A DNA stretch of 63,874 nucleotides, filler included, from Kipferlia bialata (Eukaryota): assembly GCA_003568945.1 (NCBI GenBank). It is 4 parts of 4 records of this genome, joined end to end, with 100 filler letters (N's around TTAATTAATTAA, not from the genome) between each part and the next. Parts side by side here need not be neighbours in the genome. Positions count along the whole stretch, not along the records: positions 49,814 to 57,151 come from BDIP01000123.1; positions 57,252 to 63,874 come from BDIP01000156.1; 2 more parts are not named here. One strand, 5' to 3'. The position numbers were made by a program, and so were the translations under genes. Position 1 is the first letter of the stretch. Each line of letters opens with the position of its first letter. The notes beneath the pieces are model-generated. The model saw nothing but the letters and a program-made list of their open reading frames with translations. It made no database searches and was not told the DNA's origin. Positions 51,590 through 63,810 of the stretch are shown piece by piece.

Positions 51590-53776
51590 CTAGTACACAT
51601 CAGTCCCCACCACCTCCTCCAGTGCACGTCTGGTCTGCACAAGCATGTCGCTGATGCTGGTGACCTGGGGTTAGATCGGATACACTATAGGTACACACAC
51701 AACTATAGATGTATACATGCTGGGTAAGCATGTCGCTGATGCTGGTGACCTGGGGTGAGTACAGAGAGAATATAGAATGTATAGAACATTATTGTCGTCC
51801 TTCCATATCTGTCACTAACATATATATATATATAGACTAAACTATACATATACACTACATACCTGGTCACTCGAGTACTTGATGTGGTCGTCCTTCCACC
51901 AGTACAACAAGCACATACAAATATATATATATATTAGGAGAGAGACTAATGCCTATATATATACCTGGTCACTCAAGTACTTGATGTGGTCGTCCTTCCA
52001 TGTAGTCCCACTCAGCACACTGTCACTCTGCCTCTCCCGCACACGCTCCATCTCCTAGGGGTTAGACACATACATACATTTATGCATATATATATACACA
52101 CATATATATATGGGTGTCTCTCCCGCACACGCTCCATCTCCTAGGGGTTAGATATTTAGACAAACAAAAATCTATGGTTTATAATATTGATAGATGCGTG
52201 TGTGTGTGTAATTTATAGCGTATGAATGTGTACCTTGAATGACCCTGTCTCGAGCTGTCTCTCCAGCTGCTCTACCTTGCTCTCCCTGTCTGCACCTTCC
52301 TCCCGCATGGCACCTAAGGTAAGGGGTATATACAGTATGATAGATATAGTGTATAATATCATGCATAATATCATATATATATATGTGTGTGTGTGTGTAA
52401 TCTCCACGTCTGCACCTTCGTCCCGGACGGCACCTCAGAGGTGAGGGGTATATGCTTTGACACACACACATATATATATACTATAGAAAGACCAGATTAA
52501 CGTCACTTGGGGGTTCGGCGTACAGATACACTCACACAGTGTGATATACATACTATATGCACTATATATAAACACCATACCTATCTCGCGTTGCAGGGCA
52601 CCGATGCGTCTGAGTAGCACGGCAGTCTCACTCTTGGTGTCACCTGGGGGTGAATGAGTGTGGGCGGACCAAAACTATTGTGTCTATATGGATGTATACA
52701 CACACCCAGGTCCGACAGGCACTGTGCCTGCCACCAATGTACATACAGAGTATAATGTACACCACTATTCAGGTATATACCTAGGTCCGACATGCACTGT
52801 GCCAGTCTCATCTGCTGTAGGTGGGTGTCAGCCTGGTCCTCACTGGCCACGGTCCTGGGGGGTAAGATACTCGGGATAATGTATGTGTGGAACACTATAT
52901 AATGTGCTTGTACTCAATTCAATTGACCACAACTCTATCGTGAGTATATGGAGTCGCAATGCATACCTGTACTTGGCTGCCGTTCTCTTGGACTGCCTCA
53001 GTCTCTCGGTGTCCTCCTCCAGCACAAGCTCAAACTGAGGGGTCAGTAACAGTGGGAACACTAATATATATGTATATATACATATATATGTATATTTAAA
53101 ACTACATATGCCATTGATGTCCTCTTATAGCACTGTTTATATACACTATATACCTCCTCCCTCTCTGCCTGTCTCTCCTCCACAGCATGTGTCAGCTCTA
53201 TCACTGTGGTGTGTAAGGCACTGGCCATGACCTCATCCCTGGCCCTGGTGGCTAATATGCTCTGGATGTTAGGTTATATGTGTACATAGATGTATATATA
53301 TGTACCTCTGGGGATTAGGGTTTGTATACACATATGTATATAAACATATGACCTTATCTCTGTCCCATGTACCCCATATAATTATATGCACACATATGCA
53401 TCTTACTATATTATTATACTATGCATATTTTTTTACCACTCAATAAGTACAAGTATATCTTCCTCTACCTCGCACCACCACCTCCTCTCTGTCTCGTACT
53501 AAGCATACAAATGTATATATAAATAGAAAGAGAGGGAGAGACTATATAACCATGTCTCACCTCGCACCACTGCCTGCTCTCTGCCTCATGTACCCCATAT
53601 ATATCACCACATATGTACTATAGTATCAACCCTTACCTCGCACCACTGCCTGCTCTCTGTTTCATGCACCCCCACCCTGGCCAGGAACTGTTGGAAGACA
53701 GATATGATGAGAGAGGCCTCCTTCTGGGTGGGGGTCCGCTTCCTAGTGACGTCCTGAAGACCTAGGGGTGAGGGGG

Positions 53777-53827
<51 letters not shown>

Positions 53828-56800
53828 GCCTCCTTTTGGGTAGGAGGCCTCTGTCTAGTGACATCCTGAAGACCTGGGGTAAGGACGGGTACGCATGTAT
53901 ACAATAAACTGCGTAGAAAGATCAGTATTATACCTCTGATGAGCTGCACCAAGTCTCTCTTCCTGAGAGGTGTAAAGGGGGGCAGGAGGGAGAGAGCATC
54001 GTCGGAGACAGTCTCATCAGGACTGGGGGAGGGTTCATATGTGTACTTCCTCTCTCCCTCTCTCTCCCCCTCCCCCTCTCCACTCTCTAGTGCAGTGTCA
54101 GTCTCTGAGACCTCACCCCCCTCAACCTGCATCACACTCACTACCCTACCCGCAGTGCCTGTACTGGCAGTGGAGGCACCCCCCTCTCCTTCCCCTCCCT
54201 GGCTGAGAAGGGAGGGTAGGAACACAGAGACAGAGGGTATACGGGTCATGGCACCATCCTCCTCTCTCTCCCTCTCTGATCCTGTAGAGCGAGAGTGAGA
54301 GGGAGAGAGGGAGACAGACCGCGAAACGGTGCGGGTGCGAGACTCGGAGCGTCTCTCCGCTGGGGACACCGTCCTCTCTCTCTCTCCGTCTCTCTCTCTC
54401 TCCTCACTCTCCCTACCCCTCTCCTCCTGTATAGTAGTCTGACCCCACAGGGAGGGAGTGCCAGGGAGAGACAGACCAGCCACATAGCCGCTGCCCCAAT
54501 CACCCTCCCCATCCCTCTCTCTCTCTCCCCCCATGCCTAGGGTATCAATGAAGGCACGCATCTGCTCCTGGGAGTCACTAACCCCCTTGCTACCCTTGCT
54601 GGAGTGGCCGAAGGGTAGAGGGGGGAGGGCAGAGGTAGATCCTGCCCCAGAGGCAGAAGGGGAGGGAGATGATTCATTAACCCTCTCCACACTATCTCTC
54701 TCCCTCTCATTCTCTCTCTCCCCCTCCGTCTCCACACTAGCAGAGGCCCCTGAGACATCAGCAGATGCATCCACTACCCCCCTGTCCCCACTGTCATTGT
54801 TAGAGAGGGCAGGACTCTCTGAAGGTCCACTCTCTCCCTCCCTCTCTGTCTCTGTCTCTCCCTCTCCCCCTGTCTCCCTCGCCTCACTGCCGACAGCAGA
54901 TGCAGAGTGAGAAGACTCCATGGCATAGCGAGATTCAGAGAGTGTTTGCTCCCGATACTGTGACTCAGTCTCCTCAGTCTCCTCATAGACAGGTGAGGCA
55001 TCCTCTCTCTCCCCCTCTCTCTCTCCCTCTCCCTCTTCCCCTCCGAACCCAAAGATACCCCCAGCCCCATTCTGCACCACACTGCTAGTACCCCACACTG
55101 AGTCAGGCACACCCTCACTGGAGGCATCTCTACTCAGGGTGACCTCTCTCTCTCTGCTCACAGTCTCAGTGCGTGCACTACTCTCTCCCTCTACACTCCC
55201 TACACTCTCTGTACTCCTTAGGGTCTCTCTAGACCCTCTAGTCTCTCTAGTCTCTCTAGTGTCTGCCCCCGGTGGTCTACTTGTCACAGAGGCCATACTA
55301 CTGTGCATATCTAGCAGAGCCCTCTCCATGGCACTCTCTCTCTCCCTCTCTCTCTCCCTATCTCCAGTATTGTCAGATACTGTACCCTCCTGACCATCTA
55401 GGCCCTCCCCGAAGCTGGGCTCAGTACCAGCCCTGAGGCAGGCCTGGGTGTGAGTACAGGTAGAGAGAGAGCCAGATGTAGAGAGATACACCTTGATACC
55501 TGTGGCGTGTATGCCATGTAGGGCATTGATGGCAGGACAGCAGGGGATGGGGCATATACAGGGGCACTACTAGACGGTATAGATGGTATGACCACACTCC
55601 CCGGTGGCACAGGTGCAGCCCCAGACACTGTGGGTGTATCCCTCTTCTCGTCCAGTATCCTCTTACCCAGTGAGGCCAGGAACTGACTCAGAGTGTCATT
55701 GCTAGTGGCACTCTCTCCCTCCTTCTCCTTGCCCCCCTCCCTCTCCCTCTCCCTCTCCCTCTGGTCGAATATCATCAGGGGTGAGTGTGTGGTCATGATG
55801 GAGGGACGGGCAGGGGGTCTGGTGGGGGAAGACACCTCAGCAGCAGGGGTAGGGGCAGCAGCAGGGGGGACTTCTCTCTCCACCTCTCTCTCTCTGTGTA
55901 TCTCTCTCTCCTGGTGAGTGGGAGGCATAGCTCTCGACCCCTGCCGCCTCCCCCTCTCCCTCCCTCTCTCTCTCCCCCCCTCTCTCTGTGTGGGCTGGGG
56001 CTGCGCTGGGGGGTGGGGAGAGTACATCGCCTGGGGGGCATGCACTGGTTCGGCCGCTCTCTCTCTCTCCCTCTCCATGTCTCCCTCTCCCCCTGTCTGG
56101 GTGGGTACCTGTGTCGTCAGATACATAGACACTGCCGCAATGTATCAGAATACTACATAATCACAGAACCCTACCTGCCCTGTCACGAAGAATGACATGT
56201 CCTCTCTGACCCACTATTCCTTAACCCATTACATGTATATGTGTATGTGGCCACACACTAGATATACATATAAATATAAATACATGAGTATACACACCTG
56301 CCCCGTCATGAAGAATGACATATCAGGTGCCGCAGAGTCCAGGTGCCTCTCTCTCTCCACCTCAGCGTCTCTCTCTCTCTCTCTCTTGGTCTCCAATGGG
56401 GGTTGAAACTCCACACTCATGCTGGGTCCAAACATACCCCCTCCCTCCTGCTCCCCTACCCCTGCCAGGCCCATGCGCCTCTCCACCACTAGTAGCTCTC
56501 TCTCCCACTGCTGTCTCTCCCTGGGATCAGTGTCATACATACATACACATAAATTGCACATACACTACTCTTTGTACATGCATCAGTGGTCTATGCATGC
56601 TATATCATATTAGACAAAACTGTCATTTTTCCTATACACATTACATACCTGTCCCCCCACAAACACTGGAAATATACAATTATAACATATATATATGTAC
56701 ATCCACACTCTATACCTGTCCCCCCTGCGTCTCTGCAGGGTAGTGACATTAATACATTCATTGTATATATACCCTAGTATTGATACTTGTATCAGTAGAG

Positions 56801-57073
56801 GTATATATATACACATTACAAATACCTGTCCCCCCTCCGTCTCTGCAGGGCTGCTGCGATATCCCTCTGTTGTCTCTCTGTGATGCTGGAGTTGTATGCC
56901 AGGGACAGAGACCCCAGGCCACACTCGGTGCTCATAGCCACAGCCATGGCGGCCTGGGAGTGGGTCCACAAACAATATTTCTACATATAGAATTTAGATT
57001 ATACAATGATTACTCTGTGTACATATACCTTTGATGTCCTGAACCCCATGCCGTTCCTGTCCAGCGAGAGAGC
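51590..57073 (-). CDS. Large uncharacterised protein: E/R/S-rich low complexity with C-terminal coiled coil, multi-exon, 5' end missing
   Basis: Long exons (~53934-55441, ~55500-56107) and many short exons ending ..WKDDHIKYLSDQ/VTSISDMLVQTRRALEEVVGTDVY* (stop 51590-51592). Confidence 0.65.
51641..56850 (-). repeat. Splice-junction echo repeats in the 51.6-57 kb gene
   Basis: Copies at ~51727, 51860, 52118, 52408, 52705, 53467/53558, 53822, 56172 and 56646/56713. Confidence 0.88.
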
Positions 57074-57195
57074 CTGGGGGTGAGAACAGAAACACTGAAC
57101 GAGAGGGGGGGGGGGGGGGGGAAAAAAAAAAAAAAAACAAAAAAAAAAAAANNNNNNNNNNNNNNNNNNNNNNNNNNNNNNNNNNNNNNNNNNNN

Positions 57196-57207
57196 TTAAT
57201 TAATTAA
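57196..57207. other. Artificial contig linker TTAATTAATTAA
   Basis: Same 12-mer within N runs. Confidence 0.95.
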
Positions 57208-57251
57208 NNNNNNNNNNNNNNNNNNNNNNNNNNNNNNNNNNNNNNNNNNNN

Positions 57252-58227
57252 TGCCTTCACCCTGATCGCCAAGGTATTTCTCTCTCTCTCTCCCCCCCCC
57301 CTCTCACACATGATTCTTTATCTCTTATACTCTTTCACTGTGCCCCTGTTTTCATGGGCCGTTCAACTATGTACCACCTGCAATGTATACAGACGGTATA
57401 CATATCATTATATATATGTTGTGGTATGTATATTGTGGTATGTCTTCTCATACCAGGTCGAGGCTGAGCACGAGCGCCGCTACAAGGCCTTCCTGTCCAA
57501 CATCGAGGACGGGTCAGTCTTTGAGAAGAAGGAGGTATGGGAACATGTATGGATACCAGTCTGCTCTATCAATGTACTGAAGTATATATTTCACATATAA
57601 CATATCTAATCCTCTAGGTGATATACTGGCAGTGCCGCAACTCTGACCACATTCTCTCTCTCTCTCTCTCTCCCTCCACTCTCTCTATCTCTCTTTCTCC
57701 CCCCCCCCCTCTCTCTATCTCTCTCTCTCATCTAACCCCCAGGAGGTGTACTGGCAGTGCCGCAACTGTGGCCACGTCCACCATGGCAAGAAGGCCCCAG
57801 GTATAGTATAGTGTGTATGTGTAGTTACACATATGTAGTAATGTAGATATAGGGTAGAGAGTGTATATATATATAGTACCATGTCCTTTGTCTTCATAGC
57901 CACGTCCACTTTGGCACAAAGGCACCAGGTACTCTCTCTCTCTCTCTCCCTCTCTCTGTCTCTCTCTCTGTCTCGTTTTCCCCTCTTACCCCAGGAAAAT
58001 GCCCCACATGTGACCACCCCCAGGTACCCACCCTCTCTCTCTCATTCTCTCTGACGCTCATTCCATTTGTCTGTCTCCCTCTGTCTCTCTCTTCCTCTCC
58101 TAAACCACCGCTCAATTTCAACCCTCCCCACTCCATCACACTCCCTCACCTTAAGTTGAAGGTGTGTGTTATATGATATATATCCAACCCCCAGGCCTAC
58201 TTTGAGGTCCGTGCCGCCAACTACTAA
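57252..58227 (+). CDS. rbr: Rubrerythrin, 3' part (di-iron ExxH + rubredoxin-like CxxC..CxxC)
   Basis: Exons 57252-57273, 57457-57534, 57743-57800, 57995-58023 and 58195-58227 give AFTLIAKVEAEHERRYKAFLSNIEDGSVFEKKEEVYWQCRNCGHVHHGKKAPGKCPTCDHPQAYFEVRAANY*. Confidence 0.95.
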
Positions 58228-58453
58228 GCAGGTCACTATAGACTGTAGTACACACCGCTAGGGACTAGTAATGTTCACTACTTGTGTGCTATGTGCTAAC
58301 TGTTGTATGTTGTGCTTGGTGAGTATCTATACACCCGCGGTTCCTGAGTGTGCCTTTGAGAGGTATATCGGGAGCCAGATACCAATACCAATAGATATTC
58401 AACAAGGGCTGTCTGTCGAATAGTCAGGGTTCAATCCTCCTCTGGTGTTAATA

Positions 58454-61400
58454 TCACTCGTCGCCTTCGGAGTCCGAGTGCAGCTCAGTTGGAGAAGACT
58501 AATCATTCTATTCATTGCCTCCAATGGATAGTTATAATACTAGTTCTATTTCTTTGTGGACTCTATTAATTCAGTCCTCACCCTCTGAGTCTGAGTCCAG
58601 CTCCGCGGGGTGTAATACTAGAAATGTATCTATTTAGTATAGAAACCAAGTCAGGCGGGAACTTCCCGCCTGGCGGGTAGTCTTTGTACTCAGTCCTCGC
58701 CCTCTGAGTCCGAGTCCAGCTCAGTAGGGTGTGTCGCAAGGACAGGTCTCTTCACGGCACATGCTGTGACAGGGGAGGTGGGGTTGGGGGCCTTGCCCAT
58801 GTACACGGCAACGGTCTCACGCATCATGCTGATACATTAGAAAAAAACTCATTGTAGGGTATATTATATAGCCGCTATATATATGTGTGTGTGAATGGAT
58901 TTCCGAGTGTACTCGAATGGTCAGAGCATCATGCTGATACATGAGAGAGCAAAAGAGAACAACATTGTAAGGATATATGTGTGTGTGAATATGGATTTCT
59001 GAGTACCGAGACTTTGTGTTTCTGTAGTACATCAATATCCCAGTATAGACTTCCTAGGTTGTGATATGGGATAATAATAATATGATAATAATACAGAGAC
59101 TTATCAGTACCTTCTGACCCTATCTGTAGGATTCATGGACGAGCTCGCTCCCTTGAGATACACCAGTGTGTACTTGAGAAACTGCTCCAAGGTTAGACTC
59201 CCTCCCTTAGACGCCTTCTTGTTCATGATAGACGCCCTGCGGATCTGGAGTGAGGGAAGATTCTTACAGTATATAGTATTCCACAAAGTATGCGTGACAA
59301 TAGTATGCATATATATGTAGACATACCCTGTGTGACACCGACTGCATCAACAGGCAGCACAGCTCAATGAGGGAGTATATATGCAGTGTATACACTATAT
59401 AGTATAGAGTAAGCAGTGGATATACCCTGTGTGACACCGACTGCATCAGCAGACAGCACAGCTCAATGGGGGTGTAACCAAAGTGGACATATATACTATA
59501 TCTCCTATACTATGTATATACTGTATATACTCATATACATACCTTGTTGGATACCGACTGCATTAACAGGCAGCACAGCTCAATGGGGGTGTAGTCAAAG
59601 GGGACACTGGGGTCACTGCCCAGGTCAAGCACCTTCTGAAGATCAGATTCCAGTAGTAGTTCATAAACTAAAGAACAACTATATAGTATAATAATATATA
59701 CATACTCATAATGATGCTTACGAGTGTGACTGCCCAGATCAAACACCTTCTGACATCAGTATCTACACGAGTAACTGATGTATCTACACGAGTAACTGAT
59801 GTATACTGATTGACAGTATTAGTAATTATTAAATTACCTTCATTCCGAAGCGCTGTGTCAGTTGGGTGATGTACTTGATGGCGTTCTCTGGGTTATTGGC
59901 GACCACCCCCGGCTTGCACGGGTTGAACGTGGCTAGGAAGGGGTCGTTGGCGGGAACCAGTCTTTGTGCAGCTGATTGAAGAATGGGCATCATCAGAAGG
60001 GGGTTGATGTACTTGCAGGTAAGGACTGTGATCGGTATCCATCCCTAGGGTCAGTATATGAGGCACACTATGATCCTTCTGGACTCTTTAGAAGTTCCAA
60101 ATTAGAACTATAGTGTCAATGAAAGGGTGTCACATCACTTAGAGAATGCTAGTTGAGTACATATATACATAATTTACCTTGTTGAAGCTGGCTCCTATCA
60201 GCCTAATCCCTCCCTTGTGCATATGTGCCACAGACCCCAGAACCTCCAGGCTCTCATTGATTAGCTCTAGTCGCTCTGAGCTCCTCTTGGCTTCTGGGAC
60301 GTCTGGCACGTCTGGAGCGTCTGGGACGTTTGGGACGTCTGTACGGTACCTCACACTGTGTGAGGCGACACTGATGTTGTGGAATGTCTTGAGTAGTCTG
60401 TCCTGGAGTCCAGACATGATACGCCTCCATGACAGGAAGTGCAAGAGGGCAGTGTTGGAGGATATGTCCTCGCTGTCACCCTTCTCACTCCCTGCTAGAA
60501 CGGCCTTGTCGGTGGCAATGTCTGCCCTGAGGGAGACAATCTGTATTGTAAGAGGTGTATGTGTACATGACAATATTTAGAGAGTCATATACATGACAGT
60601 GGCAATGTCTGCCTTTAGGGATGCTACCTGGAGAGTAAGAAGTATATGATATATATATGACTATGTGTACATGACATAATGTATAGAGAGAGACTTTTAT
60701 ATGGCAATGCCTGGCTTGCGGGTGGCTACCTGCTGAGTGAGACAGGAGTAAACTAAGTTATGATAGTACATCACTCTTATGAGGGGTTATGACATCAGGG
60801 ACACTATCTGTACTAGTACCTGTGATGGAAGGGAGGGATACAATGCAAATACATAACGTATGCGGTCTCAAGTACTATATAGTACTTCATAGTACACTGG
60901 TACCCTCCGCACCCCTATCCACCTATGTATACATATATACATGTGTATATACATACATATACATATACATAGATACATACATACTATTTACGCATTATAG
61001 ATATACTCGATATAATGCCTTGGCAGGATCTGCATCGTTGCCATCTATATATGTATGTACATATATATATGTTTGTGTGTGTGTGCGTGTTTTTATGTAT
61101 ATACAGAATGTAACTACAGATACTATATACACTATATATCATAGACTACCTTAGCAGGATCTGCATCTGTGTCCGCCCCTGCCCTCCTGGCCAACCGCTC
61201 CTGGGCATTCTCAAGCTTGAGAGTGACTATCTTGCGATGCAGCTGTATTAGCATGGGGTACGGAACATGCATATATGGCGTTGGTATATGCCAGTAACCG
61301 CATGTCATCAATTAGTCAATCTATCAATACATGAATTCATCACACCTGCAGTGTCTTTCTGAACCCAGCCTTGAACGGAGGAAACATTCCACTCTGAGCC

Positions 61401-63743
61401 TCGTACTCCTCAGGGTATACGCACAGGAAGGTGGGGTCAGACTCTAGGGCCTAGGGTCAGTGTATACTCTGAAGGAATTCTAAAAAGAAATACATACTAT
61501 GTACACAGCATATTCTATCTATATTGTACTATACATATATGTATTAATATAATCTCACACATATGCACAGGAAGGTGGGGTCGGTCTCAAGGGCCTAGGG
61601 GTGAGGATATACCTAACGCATTGGTGGGAAGTACTTATATTATTTATTTTTACATATATATATATTATTATTATTATATATATATAGGGACGAGGGGTCA
61701 CTGTCTAAGGCCTAGGGGTGATAATACTGGTAGTCTTGATGTAAATGTACTACATACTGTAAGAACACATACACACATACACACATACACACATATATAT
61801 ATATATATATACAGGAATACGGGTTATCTCTCTAGGGTCTATAGATGAGACAACATACTGAACCAGTGACTATATACAATATTAGTATACTTAATACGTA
61901 GGGACCAATCACCGTTCCTCAATCAGCTGAATGACAGCCAGGGCAGACTGGTTGTGCAGAGCTTAGGCCTAGTAGATATATACATATATACACTTAGAAT
62001 ACAAACTCCTCTAAACACAGTATATATGTATTGTACCTCTATCAGCTGTATGACAGCCAGGGCAGACTGGTCATCCACACACCCCTTGGCTACCAGTGAG
62101 TGGAAGGTGGCGTCGAACACAGCGTGCTTCTGGAGGTAAGGTATATATATATACTGATGAGTGTACATCGAATACATAGAAATATATATACTACACTTCT
62201 ATATACTAAGGAAGTGGAAGGTGGCATCGAAGACAGTGTGCTTCTGAAGGCAAGGTACAAATATACTAGTGAGTGTATACATCAACGAATACATAGAAAT
62301 ACATATACTGTACTACTCTATACTGGGTGGCAATTAGTATTCACACTAGTACAGAGTAACAATATATTAGGGTCGCAATAATATGTGCACGTACGTGTAG
62401 GATATATGCACCAGGCTCAAATGTTCCGGCTGCAGGCTGCTTGAATAGCTCTCCAAACATCTCTCTGACACTCACTGCCACCTCTGCCACATTGGACAGG
62501 GTGAGGGTGTCTGGGGTTAAGAGTATCATTCATTATATGCATATATGCATATAGTGCTGGAGATGCCACCTCTGCTACATTGGACAGACTGAGGGTGTCT
62601 GGGGTTAGAAGGATCATTCATTATCACTATATATATATGTGTGTACGTGTATGTATATATCCATACAAATATATAGTTGACGGCCACCTCTGCTACATTG
62701 GACAGGGTGAGGGTGTCTGGGGTTAATAGCATCATTATATATGTAATATATATATATGTACATTATCACTGCATATAGAAACAACATAAATAGTGCTGCC
62801 ACCTCTGCCACATTGGACAGGGTGAGGGTGTCTGGGGTAAGATACATATAGTGATGCACTACATATACATTATGCAAATATAGTGTTATAGACAACCTCA
62901 AACACATTCGAGTGGGTCAGGGGGTCAGGTGTTAATAGATGTAGCAATCTAGAGAGGTATAACAATATAGTGTCGGACACAACATCACACGTGTTGCCCA
63001 AGTGTATCTATATTAGCGAAATTTATATACCAGATAGACAGATAGTAGCAGTATACCGGATAATACAGTCATTTCCGAATTCTCGAATGTAAGAGTGGAT
63101 AGTGTCCGCGAGTATATAGATAGGCTGTCACCGAGTACACTTGGAGACAAGGATATACAAAGAGACATGTACCTATTGGCATGGGAGGAAGAGGATGGTT
63201 CGATTGTATCCACTTGGCATCTCTGGTTGTGGACACTAGACGCCTGGTGCGTCAGTAACTATATAAACGTTATATACTTTATACAATCAACATACATAGA
63301 CGCCTGGTGCGTCAGTAACTATTTCAACGTTATATACTTTACACAATCATTACACCTAAACGCCTGGTGCGTCAGTAACAATCTAAACGTTATATACTCT
63401 ATAATAATCAACATAATAATCAACATAAACAAACGCCTGTTGCGTCAGTAATTGAGGCTATACATACGAGGCCTACTCTATGATGTAATCTAAAAACAAC
63501 TTCGATAGAATAGATAGACTACTAGAGACTAAGAGAGACGTAGGAAATTGAGAATCCATATATCTCGGTATTTGGCGCATACATGAGTGACAGAATATGA
63601 TATGACAAGAACATTTGGTCTTCATCCACAAGATTAATCATATTGTACTATAATTTGCATTGACAACAAGCCCATACGTACCTGGCATATTCGATGTATT
63701 GAGTCTCTACACGCCACCCCTCGGCACTGGAGAGACTGATAGT

Positions 63744-63778
<35 letters not shown>

Positions 63779-63810
63779 GTGTCACGCCACCTCGGCACTG
63801 GAGAGACTGG
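58454..63810 (-). repeat. Stop-codon and splice-junction echo repeats in the terminal gene
   Basis: Copies at 58454, 58571, 58926, 59324/59422, 59725, 60599, 61017, 61565/61693, 61922, 62212, 62565/62683/62798, 63298/63358/63431 and 63709/63783. Confidence 0.88.
58690..63243 (-). CDS. Uncharacterised multi-exon protein (probably extends beyond the window end)
   Basis: About 10 exons with canonical sites (e.g. KHAVFDATFHSLVAKG.., ALESDPTFLCVYPEE.., IVSLRADIATDK.., KVLDLGSDPSVPFDYTPIELCCLLMQSVSNK), ending HPTELDSDSEGED* at 58690. Confidence 0.65.

Noticed and set aside
63238..63451. 60-bp periodic array as CRISPR
   Set aside because: The spacers are homologous to each other and the unit is a duplicated 3' splice site.
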